A stretch of DNA of 64,000 nucleotides from positions 4,704,001 through 4,768,000 of the forward strand of contig OZ271854.1 of assembly GCA_965601925.1 (NCBI GenBank), given 5' to 3'. A program made the translations under genes and the position numbers. The notes under the pieces were generated by a model. It was not told where the DNA came from and did no database searches. It worked only from the letters and a program-made list of their open reading frames with translations. Shown here in pieces: positions 1 to 9,333 of the stretch (positions are counted from its first letter, which is position 1; every line of letters starts with the position of its first letter). Source of the stretch: Alkalispirochaeta sp. GTDB taxonomy: Bacteria > Spirochaetota > Spirochaetia > DSM-27196 > Alkalispirochaetaceae.

Positions 1-11
1 CATGATCCGGT

Positions 12-872
12 TCATGGTCGTTCTTCCTTTCCATGGTCCTGCACGTGGAGACCGCATTCTTCAACAAGGCCCCGAAATCGCGTCTCGCGTCCGTTCCCGT
101 CACCCTCGCGTACGGGGCGGCTCGAGTGAACGTCACCTACCGTAACGTACCCTTCCCGCTCCAGGGGATGGCGCGGCAGATCGTAAACCTTAAAGTACGT
201 CTCGATATCACGGTCGCTCCAGCGCAGAAGAGGGTGAATCTTGTAGACCCCCATGTGCACCTCTACGGTCTGCAGATGTGAACGATGGTTGGTTTGCTGA
301 GAGCGCACGCCGGACAGCCACGCTGTCGCGCCGACGGCCTCCAGAGCGCGCTGCATCGGTTCCACTTTTCGAATGCGATTGTATGCCCGCATATCGGCGA
401 CGTTCCCTCGCTCCCAGAGCCGTCCGTACACCGCCTCCATGTGCGCGGGACTCATGTCGGCCTGGTGTATTCGCACATCGAGATCGAGTCGTTCCGTGAG
501 TGTCCGAGCGTAACGATAGGTCTCCGCCGGAAGATAGCCGGTATCGATCCAGATAACCGGTGTCCCGGGCGCCGTTCTTGCGACCAGATCGAGGAGTACC
601 GCCGACTGAGTGCCGAAGCTCGTGCTCATCACGAGGCCTTCGCCGAACAGAAGCGCCGCTTCTCTCACTTGTTGCCACGCGTCGAGCGCCGTCAACTCGT
701 CCCGCAATCGATCCACGTGAACCGATGCGAAGGTGCGAATACCGGCATCCAAGCGGCGTAACTCGCGAAGTCTTCGTCTCCGCTCCCTAACTTTTCCGGC
801 CCGTCGTCGGAGTCGTCTAAGGCTTACCGGCCGATACGGCCGACGAATGAATCGTCGTAATCGCCTTGCCAT
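12..872 (-). CDS. cysH: Phosphoadenylyl-sulfate (PAPS) reductase with Arg-rich N-terminal extension
   Basis: Motifs STSFG, IDTGY, RKVEP, SGVR..Q, GYVTVGD and C-terminal EECGLH. ATG at 872 follows SD GGAGG. Confidence 0.92.
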   Translation of the reverse strand: MARRLRRFIRRPYRPVSLRRLRRRAGKVRERRRRLRELRRLDAGIRTFASVHVDRLRDELTALDAWQQVREAALLFGEGLVMSTSFGTQSAVLLDLVARTAPGTPVIWIDTGYLPAETYRYARTLTERLDLDVRIHQADMSPAHMEAVYGRLWERGNVADMRAYNRIRKVEPMQRALEAVGATAWLSGVRSQQTNHRSHLQTVEVHMGVYKIHPLLRWSDRDIETYFKVYDLPRHPLEREGYVTVGDVHSSRPVREGDGNGRETRFRGLVEECGLHVQDHGKEERP

Positions 873-1100
873 AACACCCCCTCCACCGTGAGAGAATCGT
901 CGCGACATGGTTACACTCAACGCGCGATGAGGTCAACCGCGACGTCGAACCGTGTGTATCTCTTCATACCTACACTATACGTTCCCGAGGAGCGAAATAC
1001 CACGACGGACTAAGACACCCGCCTCGCGTATATCGCCCTCAACGGCCTTCGGCGATGCGGCTCATTCTCTCGAGGCCGGCGGAGAACGTATGAGGCCTCC

Positions 1101-1129
1101 TTGACACTCTATGAGCCATCTGTTAGAAA
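1101..1129 (+). promoter_or_regulatory. Sigma70-type promoter for tRNA-Phe
   Basis: TTGACA (1101-1106), 17-bp spacer, TG-n-TAGAAA, about 20 nt before the tRNA. Confidence 0.6.
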
Positions 1130-1148
1130 TACGTTCATACCGTGATTC

Positions 1149-1221
1149 GCCGCTGTAGCTCAGTCGGTAGAGCAGTGGACTGAAAATCCACGTGTCGACA
1201 GTTCGATTCTGTCCGGCGGCA
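1149..1221 (+). tRNA. tRNA-Phe (GAA), CCA not encoded
   Basis: GCCGCTG/CGGCGGC acceptor stem, D arm AGCTCAGTCGGTAGAGC, anticodon arm GTGGA-CTGAAAA-TCCAC, T loop GTTCGATT. Confidence 0.97.
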
Positions 1222-1227
1222 CGGTCG

Positions 1228-1255
1228 GCCGGCTCCCCGTGAGCCGGCTTTTTTT
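1228..1255 (+). terminator. Rho-independent terminator of tRNA-Phe
   Basis: GCCGGCTC-cccgt-GAGCCGGC followed by T7. Confidence 0.85.
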
Positions 1256-1334
1256 ATGCGTTCACCGTTCCATTCGCCGGAGCTCTTTCGTAGATCGACC
1301 GTCGCGACCGCGCATCACCATCTCGCACGCCTAC

Positions 1335-1367
1335 AAAAAAACCGACTCCCCGATGAGGAGAGTCGGT
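1335..1367 (-). terminator. Rho-independent terminator downstream of ppdK
   Basis: ACCGACTC/GAGTCGGT stem with an A-run on the + strand (U-tract on the - strand). Confidence 0.75.
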
Positions 1368-1420
1368 CGTGATCGGCCACGCCGATCGATCGTGTCGTCG
1401 CCGCAGCGCGGCGGGACGGT

Positions 1421-4081
1421 TTAGCGATTCTTGATGACCGCTTGAGCCGCCGCAAGACGTGCGATCGGAACGCGGAAGGGCGAGCAACTCACGTAGTTGA
1501 GCCCCGTGCGATAGCAGAACTCTACCGATTTGGGCTCGCCGCCGTGCTCGCCGCAGATACCGACCTTGAGGTCCTTCTTGGTGCTGCGACCCCGTTCCAC
1601 GCCGACCTGGACGAGCTGCCCGACACCGGTCTGGTCCAACACGGCGAAGGGGTCGTACTCCAGGATACCGTCCTCGACGTACTGCGGGAGAAAGCTTCCC
1701 ACATCGTCGCGACTGTAGCCGAAGGTCATCTGGGTCAGGTCGTTGGTACCGAAGGAGAAGAAATCGGCAAACTCCGCGACCTCATTGGCGGTCAGCGCCG
1801 CTCGGGGAATCTCGATCATCGTACCGATCTTGTAGTCGACCGTTGCACCGGTCTCCGAGACGACGCGCTGCGCTACGGCCTCCGCGTTGTCACGCAGAAC
1901 CTTGAGCTCTTGGTAGGTGCCCACGAGGGGGATCATGATCTCCGGGAAGACCTTGACGCCGCTCTTCGCGACGGCCGCGGCGGCGCTCATGATCGCCTCG
2001 ACCTGCATGTCGTAGATCTCGGGATACGTAATACCAAGCCGGCACCCGCGGTGGCCGAGCATCGGGTTGAGCTCGTGGAGCGAGTCGATCTTGACCTTGA
2101 GCTGATCGACGGTGATGCCGCCGATCTTGGCGAGCTCTGCGATCTGCGCCTCTTCCTGGGGCACAAACTCATGAAGCGGCGGGTCGAGAAGACGCACCGT
2201 GACGGGGAAGCCGTCCATCGCCTTGAAGATGCCCTCGAAGTCCTTGCGCTGGAGGGGCAGCAACTTGGCAAGCGCCTTCTCGCGCGCCGCCTTATCCTCG
2301 GCGACGATCATCTCGCGGAAGCTGCGAATCTTGTCTTCCTCGAAGAACATATGCTCGGTGCGGCACAATCCGATGCCCTCGGCACCGTACTTGCGCGCCA
2401 CGTCGGCGTCGTGGGGCGTGTCGGCGTTGGTGCGGACCGAGAAGGTCTGCTCCGCGAGTCCCGCACGCTTGGCGCCGGCGCGAACCGTGTCGGTCCAGGC
2501 GAGGAAGCGATCGATATCGCCACTAACCTTGGGCTCCTGAAGCGCCATCTCGCCGGCAAAGACCTCACCGGTCGAGCCGTCGATGGTGATGAAGTCGCCC
2601 TCTTTGTACTGAACGCCGCCCACGGTCATGATCTTGTTGGCGATCTCTACCGCCTTACATCCGGCGACACAGGGAGTGCCCATACCGCGTGCGACGACCG
2701 CCGCATGGCTGGTCATACCGCCGGTTGAGGTAAGAATACCCTCCGCGGCGTGCATACCGCCGATGTCCTCGGGACTCGTCTCGCGACGTACCAGGAGCAC
2801 CTTCTTGCCCTCTTTGACCCACTCCTCGGCCTCGTCGGCGGTAAAGACGATCTGACCGGCCGCAGCGCCCGGTGAGGCGTTGAGACCTTTGGCGATCGCC
2901 TTATTCGTCTTCTTGGCCGCAGGATCGATCATCGGGTGAAAGACCTGGTCGAGCTGGTCGGGAGAGACGCGGGTGACGGCGACTTCCTCGCTGATGGCAC
3001 CCTCGGCAACCATGTCGACGGCGATCTTAATCGCCGCGGCGCCGGTGCGCTTTCCGTTGCGCGTCTGGAGAAGAAAGAGGTTACCCTGCTGAATGGTAAA
3101 CTCCATGTCCTGCATATCTTTGTAATGCGCCTCCAACTTGGCGCGCACGTCGTCGAGCTGCTTGTAGATATCCGGGCTCTGCTCCGCGAGACTCGAGAGC
3201 GTCTTGGGGGTACGGATACCGGCGACGACGTCCTCGCCCTGGGCGTTCATCAGATACTCGCCGTAGAAGACCTTCTCTCCGGTGGAGGGGTCGCGGGAGA
3301 AACAGACACCGGTTCCCGAGTCGTCGCCCAGGTTTCCGTAGACCATTGAGACGATGTTGACGGCCGTACCGACCAGACCTTTGATGTCGTTGATGCGTCG
3401 GTAGGTGACCGCCTTGGGGTTGTTCCAACTGCCGAAGACCGCGCCGATCGCGTCCCACATCTGCTTAACCGGATCTTGAGGAAAATCTTCGCCGGTCGCC
3501 TTCTTGTAGATATTCTTGTACTCGCCGGTGAGCGTCTTGAGGTCCTCCGCGTTGAGGTCGGTGTCCTCCTCCACGCCCTTGGCCTTCTTCGCCGCTTCCA
3601 AGGCGTGCTCGTACGGCTCGATGCTGGTGCCCTTCACCACGTCGCTGAACATCTGGATAAAACGACGATAGGCGTCCCACGCAAAGCGCTCGTTCCCCGA
3701 AACGTTGGCCAATCCTACGACGGCACCGTCGTTCATACCGAGGTTGAGAACCGTATCCATCATGCCGGGAAGCGATTCCGCGGCGCCGGAACGTACCGAG
3801 ACCAAAAGCGGATCGGCGGCGTCGCCGAGCTTCTTCCCCATCAACGTCTCGAGTCTACCAAGGTGGTCGGTCACCTCCGCTTCGAGACCGTCCGGATACT
3901 GTGAACCCGCCTCGAAGTACTCACGACACGTCTCGGTCGTGATGGTAAATCCCGGGGGAACGGGCACGCCAATACTGGACATCTCGGCCAGATTGGCACC
4001 TTTCCCTCCCAATAACTGCTTCATGCTGGCCGAGCCTTCGGCCTTTCCATCGCCAAAAAAATAGACGCGTTTGTCAGCCAT
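1421..4081 (-). CDS. ppdK: Pyruvate, phosphate dikinase
   Basis: LLGGKGANLAEM, PLLVSVRSGA, GGMTSHAAVVARG phospho-His motif, FSFGTNDLTQ, GICGEHGG; 886 aa. Confidence 0.98.
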   Translation of the reverse strand: MADKRVYFFGDGKAEGSASMKQLLGGKGANLAEMSSIGVPVPPGFTITTETCREYFEAGSQYPDGLEAEVTDHLGRLETLMGKKLGDAADPLLVSVRSGAAESLPGMMDTVLNLGMNDGAVVGLANVSGNERFAWDAYRRFIQMFSDVVKGTSIEPYEHALEAAKKAKGVEEDTDLNAEDLKTLTGEYKNIYKKATGEDFPQDPVKQMWDAIGAVFGSWNNPKAVTYRRINDIKGLVGTAVNIVSMVYGNLGDDSGTGVCFSRDPSTGEKVFYGEYLMNAQGEDVVAGIRTPKTLSSLAEQSPDIYKQLDDVRAKLEAHYKDMQDMEFTIQQGNLFLLQTRNGKRTGAAAIKIAVDMVAEGAISEEVAVTRVSPDQLDQVFHPMIDPAAKKTNKAIAKGLNASPGAAAGQIVFTADEAEEWVKEGKKVLLVRRETSPEDIGGMHAAEGILTSTGGMTSHAAVVARGMGTPCVAGCKAVEIANKIMTVGGVQYKEGDFITIDGSTGEVFAGEMALQEPKVSGDIDRFLAWTDTVRAGAKRAGLAEQTFSVRTNADTPHDADVARKYGAEGIGLCRTEHMFFEEDKIRSFREMIVAEDKAAREKALAKLLPLQRKDFEGIFKAMDGFPVTVRLLDPPLHEFVPQEEAQIAELAKIGGITVDQLKVKIDSLHELNPMLGHRGCRLGITYPEIYDMQVEAIMSAAAAVAKSGVKVFPEIMIPLVGTYQELKVLRDNAEAVAQRVVSETGATVDYKIGTMIEIPRAALTANEVAEFADFFSFGTNDLTQMTFGYSRDDVGSFLPQYVEDGILEYDPFAVLDQTGVGQLVQVGVERGRSTKKDLKVGICGEHGGEPKSVEFCYRTGLNYVSCSPFRVPIARLAAAQAVIKNR

Positions 4082-4146
4082 GTGTAGCTAACCCTCCGGT
4101 ATGTAAAATCTGTTAGGATCGAATGATACGATTGACACGCTAAATG

Positions 4147-4184
4147 AAAAAGGCCCCGCTGTCAACGTTGCGTTGAGCGGGGCC
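4147..4184 (-). terminator. Terminator between the sigma factor gene and ppdK
   Basis: GGCCCCGCT...AGCGGGGCC outer stem, TCAACG/CGTTGA inner stem, A5 on the + strand. Confidence 0.75.
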
Positions 4185-4210
4185 GGTCGTGCGTTTTGCT
4201 ATGGGAGGAT

Positions 4211-5092
4211 TTAGGCTACGTACGCTTCGAGATATTGGGCTCGTTTGGGATGCTGGAGTCTGCGCAGCGCTTTCTTTTCTATCTGGCGGATGCGCTCCTT
4301 TGTGAGACTGTAGCGGTCGCCGATCTCCTTGAGCGACAGCGGACTCCGTCCGTTGAGGCCGAAACGAAACTGAATGATCTCCGCCTCTTTTTCGGTGAGC
4401 GTGGAGAGCACCTCATTGATATCATCCTTGAGCGCGCGCTCGATCGTGAGCGCTTCGGGCTGAACGTAGTTGGAATCTTCGATGAAGTCCCCGAGTACCG
4501 AGGAATCCTTCTCGTTATAAACCGGCGTCTCCAACGATATGAGATCCCGCGAAATGTTTACCAGGTCCGCTACGTGGTCGGGATTCATATCCAACGTGCG
4601 CGCGATCTCCTGGAGCTCCGCCTCTTCTCTACGTGAGCCCTGGATCTCCTTACGCACCTTCTCGATCTGCACAAGCTCGTTCGCCCGGTTCAGAGGCAGC
4701 CGAATCATCCTGGATTTTTCGCAGATCGCCTTGAGAATCGCCTGACGAATCCACCATACGGCGTACGATATGAAATGATATCCCTTATCGACATCGAAGC
4801 GCTCGATCGCATTCATGAGGCCGATGTTGCCCTCGCTGATAAGATCGGAGAGGGGCAGGCCTTGATTTTGATACTTCTTGGCCACGTTCACGACGAAACG
4901 CAGATTGGCCTTGATCAGCGCATCCTTCGCCTCTTGGATTCCCTTGGCCGCCCGCCGGGCGTGGTAGTCCTCTTGTTCTCGCGTGAGAAGGGGGATTTTG
5001 TTTATCTCCTTGAGATACATAGAGAGAACATTTTCGTCGTCGGAACGGCGGGTGCCCGGTGATGTGTTAGGTCTCGTTACAGTTGCTGCCAT
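4211..5092 (-). CDS. RNA polymerase sigma-70 family group-2 (RpoS-like) sigma factor
   Basis: Region 1.2 YLKEINKIPLLT, ANLRFVVNVAKKY, DLISEGNIGL, FISYAVWWIRQAI, region 4 TKERIRQIE; lacks region 1.1. Confidence 0.93.
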   Translation of the reverse strand: MAATVTRPNTSPGTRRSDDENVLSMYLKEINKIPLLTREQEDYHARRAAKGIQEAKDALIKANLRFVVNVAKKYQNQGLPLSDLISEGNIGLMNAIERFDVDKGYHFISYAVWWIRQAILKAICEKSRMIRLPLNRANELVQIEKVRKEIQGSRREEAELQEIARTLDMNPDHVADLVNISRDLISLETPVYNEKDSSVLGDFIEDSNYVQPEALTIERALKDDINEVLSTLTEKEAEIIQFRFGLNGRSPLSLKEIGDRYSLTKERIRQIEKKALRRLQHPKRAQYLEAYVA

Positions 5093-5113
5093 TCTTTCCT
5101 CCGTAGATTACTA

Positions 5114-5130
5114 AGCAATAGCCATGCCAG
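5114..5130 (-). promoter_or_regulatory. Sigma54 (-24/-12) promoter of the sigma factor gene
   Basis: - strand reads CTGGCATGGCTATTGCT (GG-N10-GC, close to YTGGCACG-N4-TTGCW), followed by SD GGAGG and ATG. Confidence 0.85.
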
Positions 5131-5168
5131 CTTTCCACATCGGATTTCGTCGGCATTATGTGTATATA

Positions 5169-5181
5169 ATTCAAACAGTTA
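5169..5181 (+). promoter_or_regulatory. IHF-like binding site
   Basis: ATTCAAACAGTTA has one mismatch to WATCAA-N4-TTR and is preceded by an AT tract; it lies between the sigma54 promoter and the candidate UAS. Confidence 0.45.
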
Positions 5182-5226
5182 CACATACCGCTCGACAAGA
5201 GGGATAAGAACCGTTCCGAACAAATT

Positions 5227-5290
5227 CGCGTCAAAACGACCCACTTCTGTGTTTTCGTCCGAAAACAGGGTGAAAATGCCCCATTTTCAC
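5227..5290. promoter_or_regulatory. Candidate upstream activator sequences for a sigma54 enhancer-binding protein
   Basis: Related 17-mers CGCGTCAAAACGACCCA (5227-5243) and AGGGTGAAAATGCCCCA (5267-5283), plus palindromes TGTTTTCG-tc-CGAAAACA and GTGAAAATG-ccc-CATTTTCAC. Confidence 0.45.
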
Positions 5291-5318
5291 TTTATGAGCC
5301 CTCCCGGCGTAGTTTTTC

Positions 5319-5347
5319 TTGACCGGTTGGAGCGAGGTCGTTATATT
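5319..5347 (+). promoter_or_regulatory. Sigma70 promoter for groES
   Basis: TTGACC-N17-TATATT. Confidence 0.65.
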
Positions 5348-5406
5348 TCCTGCGGAATATTTCTCCACAGCTAATCAAACTTTGTAACGTCTAATAGGAG
5401 GACAGC

Positions 5407-5670
5407 ATGACTGTTAAACCGCTGGGTGATCGAATTCTGGTCAAAATAGATGAGGGAGAGGAAAAGACCAGGGGAGGTCTTTATATTCCTGAGACCGCCC
5501 AGGAAAAGACGCAAATCGGCACCGTCGTCGCGATCGGAAGCGACGAAGAAATCACCGTCAAGGCTGGCGATCGGGTGATGTTCGACAAGTACGCCGGTAC
5601 CACCGTCAAGATCGACGACAAGGATCACTTGATCCTCAGCATGGGCGACGTTCTCGCGACGGTAGCATAG
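5407..5670 (+). CDS. groES: Co-chaperonin GroES (no adjacent groEL)
   Basis: [47 protein letters not shown]. Confidence 0.97.
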   Translation: MTVKPLGDRILVKIDEGEEKTRGGLYIPETAQEKTQIGTVVAIGSDEEITVKAGDRVMFDKYAGTTVKIDDKDHLILSMGDVLATVA

Positions 5671-5715
5671 GCGGTCTCAGTAGGCGCGAGTACCGCGTCA
5701 TTTTGACCCACACAT

Positions 5716-5749
5716 GGACGGGCATCCTATCGGGCGCCCGTCCTTTTTT
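5716..5749 (+). terminator. Terminator after groES
   Basis: GGACGGGC...GCCCGTCC followed by T6. Confidence 0.8.
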
Positions 5750-8210
5750 ATCCCTCGCCACTCAATCGCGACAAAAAGTCTCCCACCTCCTCGATCAGTT
5801 CCTCCCCCGAGGCGGTAAAAGGACGCGCCGGCGGCAGGCTGTTCCAGAAGACCCGCCCGTAGCTCTTGCGGATCATACGCGCATCGGCCACGACCACCGC
5901 GCCGTAGTCCTCACTGCGCCGCATCAGACGGCCGAATCCCTGTTTGAGTCGCATCACCGCTTGCGGCAGACTGAACTCCGCAAATGCGTTCCCGCCCGCT
6001 TGCTCGACCGCCTCGGAACGGGCGAGTTGAACGGGATCGGTCGGCACTCGAAAGGGGAGACGACACAGCACGACGAGACGCAAGGTCTCCCCGGGGAGGT
6101 CGATGCCCTCCCAAAAGCTATCGGTCGCGAACAGCACGCTCGCGATATCGGCACGAAATGACTCCAAGAGTCGCGCACGATCGTCGGTACCCTGGCGATA
6201 GCAGGAAAACCCGCGCTGTTCGAGCCCGGGAGCGATGACGCCGTAAATCTCCTGTAATTGGCGATACGAGGTAAACAGCACCAACGCTCCGCCCCCGGCC
6301 GCGTTCACCAAGCGCGGTATGAGAATCTCCAAATAGCGGTTGTAGTACGATTCCGTCGGCCCCGGCGCATCGGTCGGTACCGCAAGCATCACCCTCGAGG
6401 CGTAGTCGAACGGCGAGGCGAACCGCCCGGTACGGACGTCGTTCATCGACGGAAAGAGGCCGAGCCTCGCGCCCCAAAACTGAAAATCGTCGTTTATCGT
6501 CAGGGTCGCGCTCGTCATCACGATCGTTTCGTAGCGCTCAAAGACCGACTCCCGCATAAGGGGTCGAATATCGAGAGGGGTCGCATGGAGCGTCACGTAG
6601 GCGTTTCGCCGCCCGTCGAGACGCCGCTCCATCCACAGCACCATCTCATCGTCGGGCTCGGCGCGGGCAAATCGTTCGATCGCCGAAGCTATCGTCTCGA
6701 GCCGTCGTATGTACGCACCGAGCTCAAAAAAAACACCCTCTTCGCGAAACCGCTCTTCCACCGATCCGGCGATCTCCGCGAGTCGTGAAGCGAGCTCGAC
6801 AAGCGCGCCTCGCGCGTCAAAAAGCGCAACGCCGGCTCGGGAGCGAAGCTCTTCCGCCGTAGCATCCGTCAGGCGCCACGACGTCTCGTCTGCCAGGAAA
6901 GCGGAAAGCGCCTTATTGAGATCTTCGGCGATACTGCGCATGCGCTCCACGGCCGCCTCGGCTTTTTCGAGCGCCCCCTGTTCCGCGACGATCGCCGACA
7001 ACCGATCCATCAGACCGAATCGGCGCGCTCCGCGCTTTCTCAAGAGCCGTCCCGCCTGCCGAACGAGCCCCCAATAGCTCACCGATTCTGAAAAGAACGA
7101 GGTGGCGGCGCGTTCGAGATTGTGCGCCTCGTCGAAGATCAGCCGCTGGAAGGGGGGCAAAATGGCCGTCGCGTCCCAGCCCGCACCGGCCCTCCGCACG
7201 GCGAGGTCACTGAATACCAAGTGGTGGTTCGCAACGAGAATCTGCGCCCCCGCGGCGCGACGACGGGCGCGTAGAATGAAGCATCTCTCACGGTTGGGGC
7301 AACGCGAGACGGCGCACATGTCGGCCTCGCTGTTGACTCTCCCCCACTGCTCATCGGACAGGTGAAACGGCAGGTCGTTTCGGGAACCCGTGGGACTCGT
7401 ATCGGCCCATTCGGCGACGGCGCGAACCGACTCCCACTCCTCAAAGAGCGTCTCTCCCTCCGCAAACTCTTCCAACTGTTCGGCGAGGCGTCGCCGACAG
7501 AGGTAGTTACCGCGCCCCTTCACCAGCGCGACGGTGACGTCGGTACCGAGCGCGCGCTGTACCGTCGGTACGTCCTGGTCGACCAGCTGCTGCTGCAAAT
7601 TGATCGTCGCCGTTGCAATGACTACGCGCTCCCGGTTCTGCGCCGCCCACGCGACGGCCGGAATGAGATAGGCAAACGACTTCCCGACGCCCGTTCCCGC
7701 CTCGGCGACGGCGATCCCCGTCTCATTGAACGCCGCAGCGATCATGCGCGTCATCGCCACTTGGGACGGCCGTTCGCGAAACCCGTCGAGAAGACGCGCA
7801 ACTTCACCACCGTCTTCTAAGGCGCCCGCGAGTCGATCGATGTCGAGGTACGACACCTCCTCGGCGGGGAAGGGTTCGACCAGTACGTACATGTCCTCGA
7901 CGTCATTATCGACGATGGCGGAAGCGATTCCCATTTCGGCCAGGCGAGCCGAGACGGCGACATCGGCCTCGCTGGGACGCAGTACGCCGGACGGATGGTT
8001 GTGAATGACGAGGTCGCCGCGCTCACACAACTCCATCGGTGCGGCCACGGCCGACTCGCCGCCGCGGGCGTAGACTTCCACCGCGTACACCATCGTGTTG
8101 CGATCTACATGTCCGACGAAGAGCACCTCTTGTCCCTCCGCGCGTGCGATCTCCCGACGCATGAGGAGTCGCACGTCCTCTTCGATACGCTCCCGTGCTT
8201 TGATGCTCAC
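5748..8210 (-). CDS. dinG: DinG/YoaA-family Fe-S DNA helicase with N-terminal JAB/RadC-like domain
   Basis: EAGTGVGKS, KGRGNYLC, cluster Cys residues, DEAH, LVLFTSY, FWEGIDLPG, QGFGRLMR; N-terminal HNHPSG....S.AD. Confidence 0.9.
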   Translation of the reverse strand: MSIKARERIEEDVRLLMRREIARAEGQEVLFVGHVDRNTMVYAVEVYARGGESAVAAPMELCERGDLVIHNHPSGVLRPSEADVAVSARLAEMGIASAIVDNDVEDMYVLVEPFPAEEVSYLDIDRLAGALEDGGEVARLLDGFRERPSQVAMTRMIAAAFNETGIAVAEAGTGVGKSFAYLIPAVAWAAQNRERVVIATATINLQQQLVDQDVPTVQRALGTDVTVALVKGRGNYLCRRRLAEQLEEFAEGETLFEEWESVRAVAEWADTSPTGSRNDLPFHLSDEQWGRVNSEADMCAVSRCPNRERCFILRARRRAAGAQILVANHHLVFSDLAVRRAGAGWDATAILPPFQRLIFDEAHNLERAATSFFSESVSYWGLVRQAGRLLRKRGARRFGLMDRLSAIVAEQGALEKAEAAVERMRSIAEDLNKALSAFLADETSWRLTDATAEELRSRAGVALFDARGALVELASRLAEIAGSVEERFREEGVFFELGAYIRRLETIASAIERFARAEPDDEMVLWMERRLDGRRNAYVTLHATPLDIRPLMRESVFERYETIVMTSATLTINDDFQFWGARLGLFPSMNDVRTGRFASPFDYASRVMLAVPTDAPGPTESYYNRYLEILIPRLVNAAGGGALVLFTSYRQLQEIYGVIAPGLEQRGFSCYRQGTDDRARLLESFRADIASVLFATDSFWEGIDLPGETLRLVVLCRLPFRVPTDPVQLARSEAVEQAGGNAFAEFSLPQAVMRLKQGFGRLMRRSEDYGAVVVADARMIRKSYGRVFWNSLPPARPFTASGEELIEEVGDFLSRLSGEG

Positions 8211-8243
8211 TATCGTGCGAATGTATCACTAATGGATAATATG

Positions 8244-8272
8244 TTGACAGGCGGTGGCGGCTCATCTAACCT
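8244..8272 (+). promoter_or_regulatory. Sigma70 promoter for asd-lysC (probably leaderless)
   Basis: TTGACA-N17-TAACCT ending 8 nt before ATG 8281, with no SD. Confidence 0.65.
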
Positions 8273-8280
8273 TCGCGGTT

Positions 8281-9333
8281 ATGGACCGAATACCAGTCGC
8301 CGTCCTCGGTGCTACCGGCACCGTCGGGCAAAAGTTCGTCACTCTTTTGGAGGATCATCCGCAGTTCGAGGTCGTGGAGTTGGTCGCAAGCCCCAGAAGC
8401 GCGGGAAAGACGTACCGCGAAGCGTGTGCTTGGAAACAAGACAAGCCGATGAACGAGACGGTAGCGGGAGTCACGGTCGCGTCAACGGAAGCACCGTTGC
8501 GGTCACGCCTTCTGTTTTCCGGACTGGACAGCAGCGTCGCCGGGGAGGTCGAGGAGCAATACGCGCGCTCAGGTCACGTCGTGATCAGTAACTCGCGTAA
8601 CCATCGCATGGATCGATCGGTGCCGCTGATCATACCGGAGATCAACGCAGACCATTTCGCGCTCATCGACCATCAACCGTACAGCGGCGCGATCATCACC
8701 AACTCGAACTGTTCGACGATGTTTTTGGCCATGGTCCTCGCGCCGCTCGAGGAGCGGTGGGGTGTCGAATGGGTCCAGGTAACGACCATGCAGGCGATAA
8801 GCGGCGCAGGCTACCCCGGCGTCGCATCGCTGGATATCCTCGGCAATATCGTCCCGTACATTCCCGGTGAGGAAGAAAAGATGGCGGTCGAGGCGCAAAA
8901 GATCCTCGGCTCTCGGGTAGAGGATCGTATCGAACCGGCGACGTTTATCGTGAGCGCTGCGTGTAACCGCGTGCCCGTTTTCGACGGCCACACCGAGGCG
9001 ATTACGGTGCGCCTGCGTGAGGGCGTTCGTCCCCCGGTCGCCGAGATCGAATCCACACTGGCGGAATGGCGCGGTATGCCGCAGAAGAGGCATCTCCACT
9101 CGGCGCCGGATGCGCCGATCATCGTCTCCCCTGAACCGGACCACCCCCAACCGGCCCGCGATCTGTGGCTTAACGGCGGTATGTCGACGGTCGTCGGTCG
9201 TATTCGGCACGATACGATCGGCAGTGTGAAGATGGTAATCATGGGTCACAACACGATTCGCGGCGCCGCGGGCGCGGCGATTCTCAACGCCGAGGCGTTT
9301 CACGCCCTCGGTTATTACGATCGGTTTTCCTGA
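8281..9333 (+). CDS. asd: Aspartate-semialdehyde dehydrogenase (archaeal/fungal-like type)
   Basis: VLGATGTVGQ, NSNCST, TTMQAISGAGYPG, CNRVPVFDGH, HNTIRGAAG. Confidence 0.96.
   Translation: MDRIPVAVLGATGTVGQKFVTLLEDHPQFEVVELVASPRSAGKTYREACAWKQDKPMNETVAGVTVASTEAPLRSRLLFSGLDSSVAGEVEEQYARSGHVVISNSRNHRMDRSVPLIIPEINADHFALIDHQPYSGAIITNSNCSTMFLAMVLAPLEERWGVEWVQVTTMQAISGAGYPGVASLDILGNIVPYIPGEEEKMAVEAQKILGSRVEDRIEPATFIVSAACNRVPVFDGHTEAITVRLREGVRPPVAEIESTLAEWRGMPQKRHLHSAPDAPIIVSPEPDHPQPARDLWLNGGMSTVVGRIRHDTIGSVKMVIMGHNTIRGAAGAAILNAEAFHALGYYDRFS

Noticed and set aside
1149..1221. tRNA-Phe as an integration site
   Set aside because: No integrase is present and I saw no convincing duplicate of the tRNA 3' end; the flanks are metabolic genes.
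1442..2728. Long antisense ORFs (also 18438-19499, 22555-23673, 28381-29391, 34456-35661, 41288-42190, 52140-53342, 59308-60354)
   Set aside because: They are shadow ORFs opposite well-supported genes, expected with high GC and codon bias, and show no recognisable motifs.
5300..5406. CIRCE element before groES, and groES without groEL as an anomaly
   Set aside because: No TTAGCACTC-N9-GAGTGCTAA is present, and separation of groES from groEL is known in spirochaetes.
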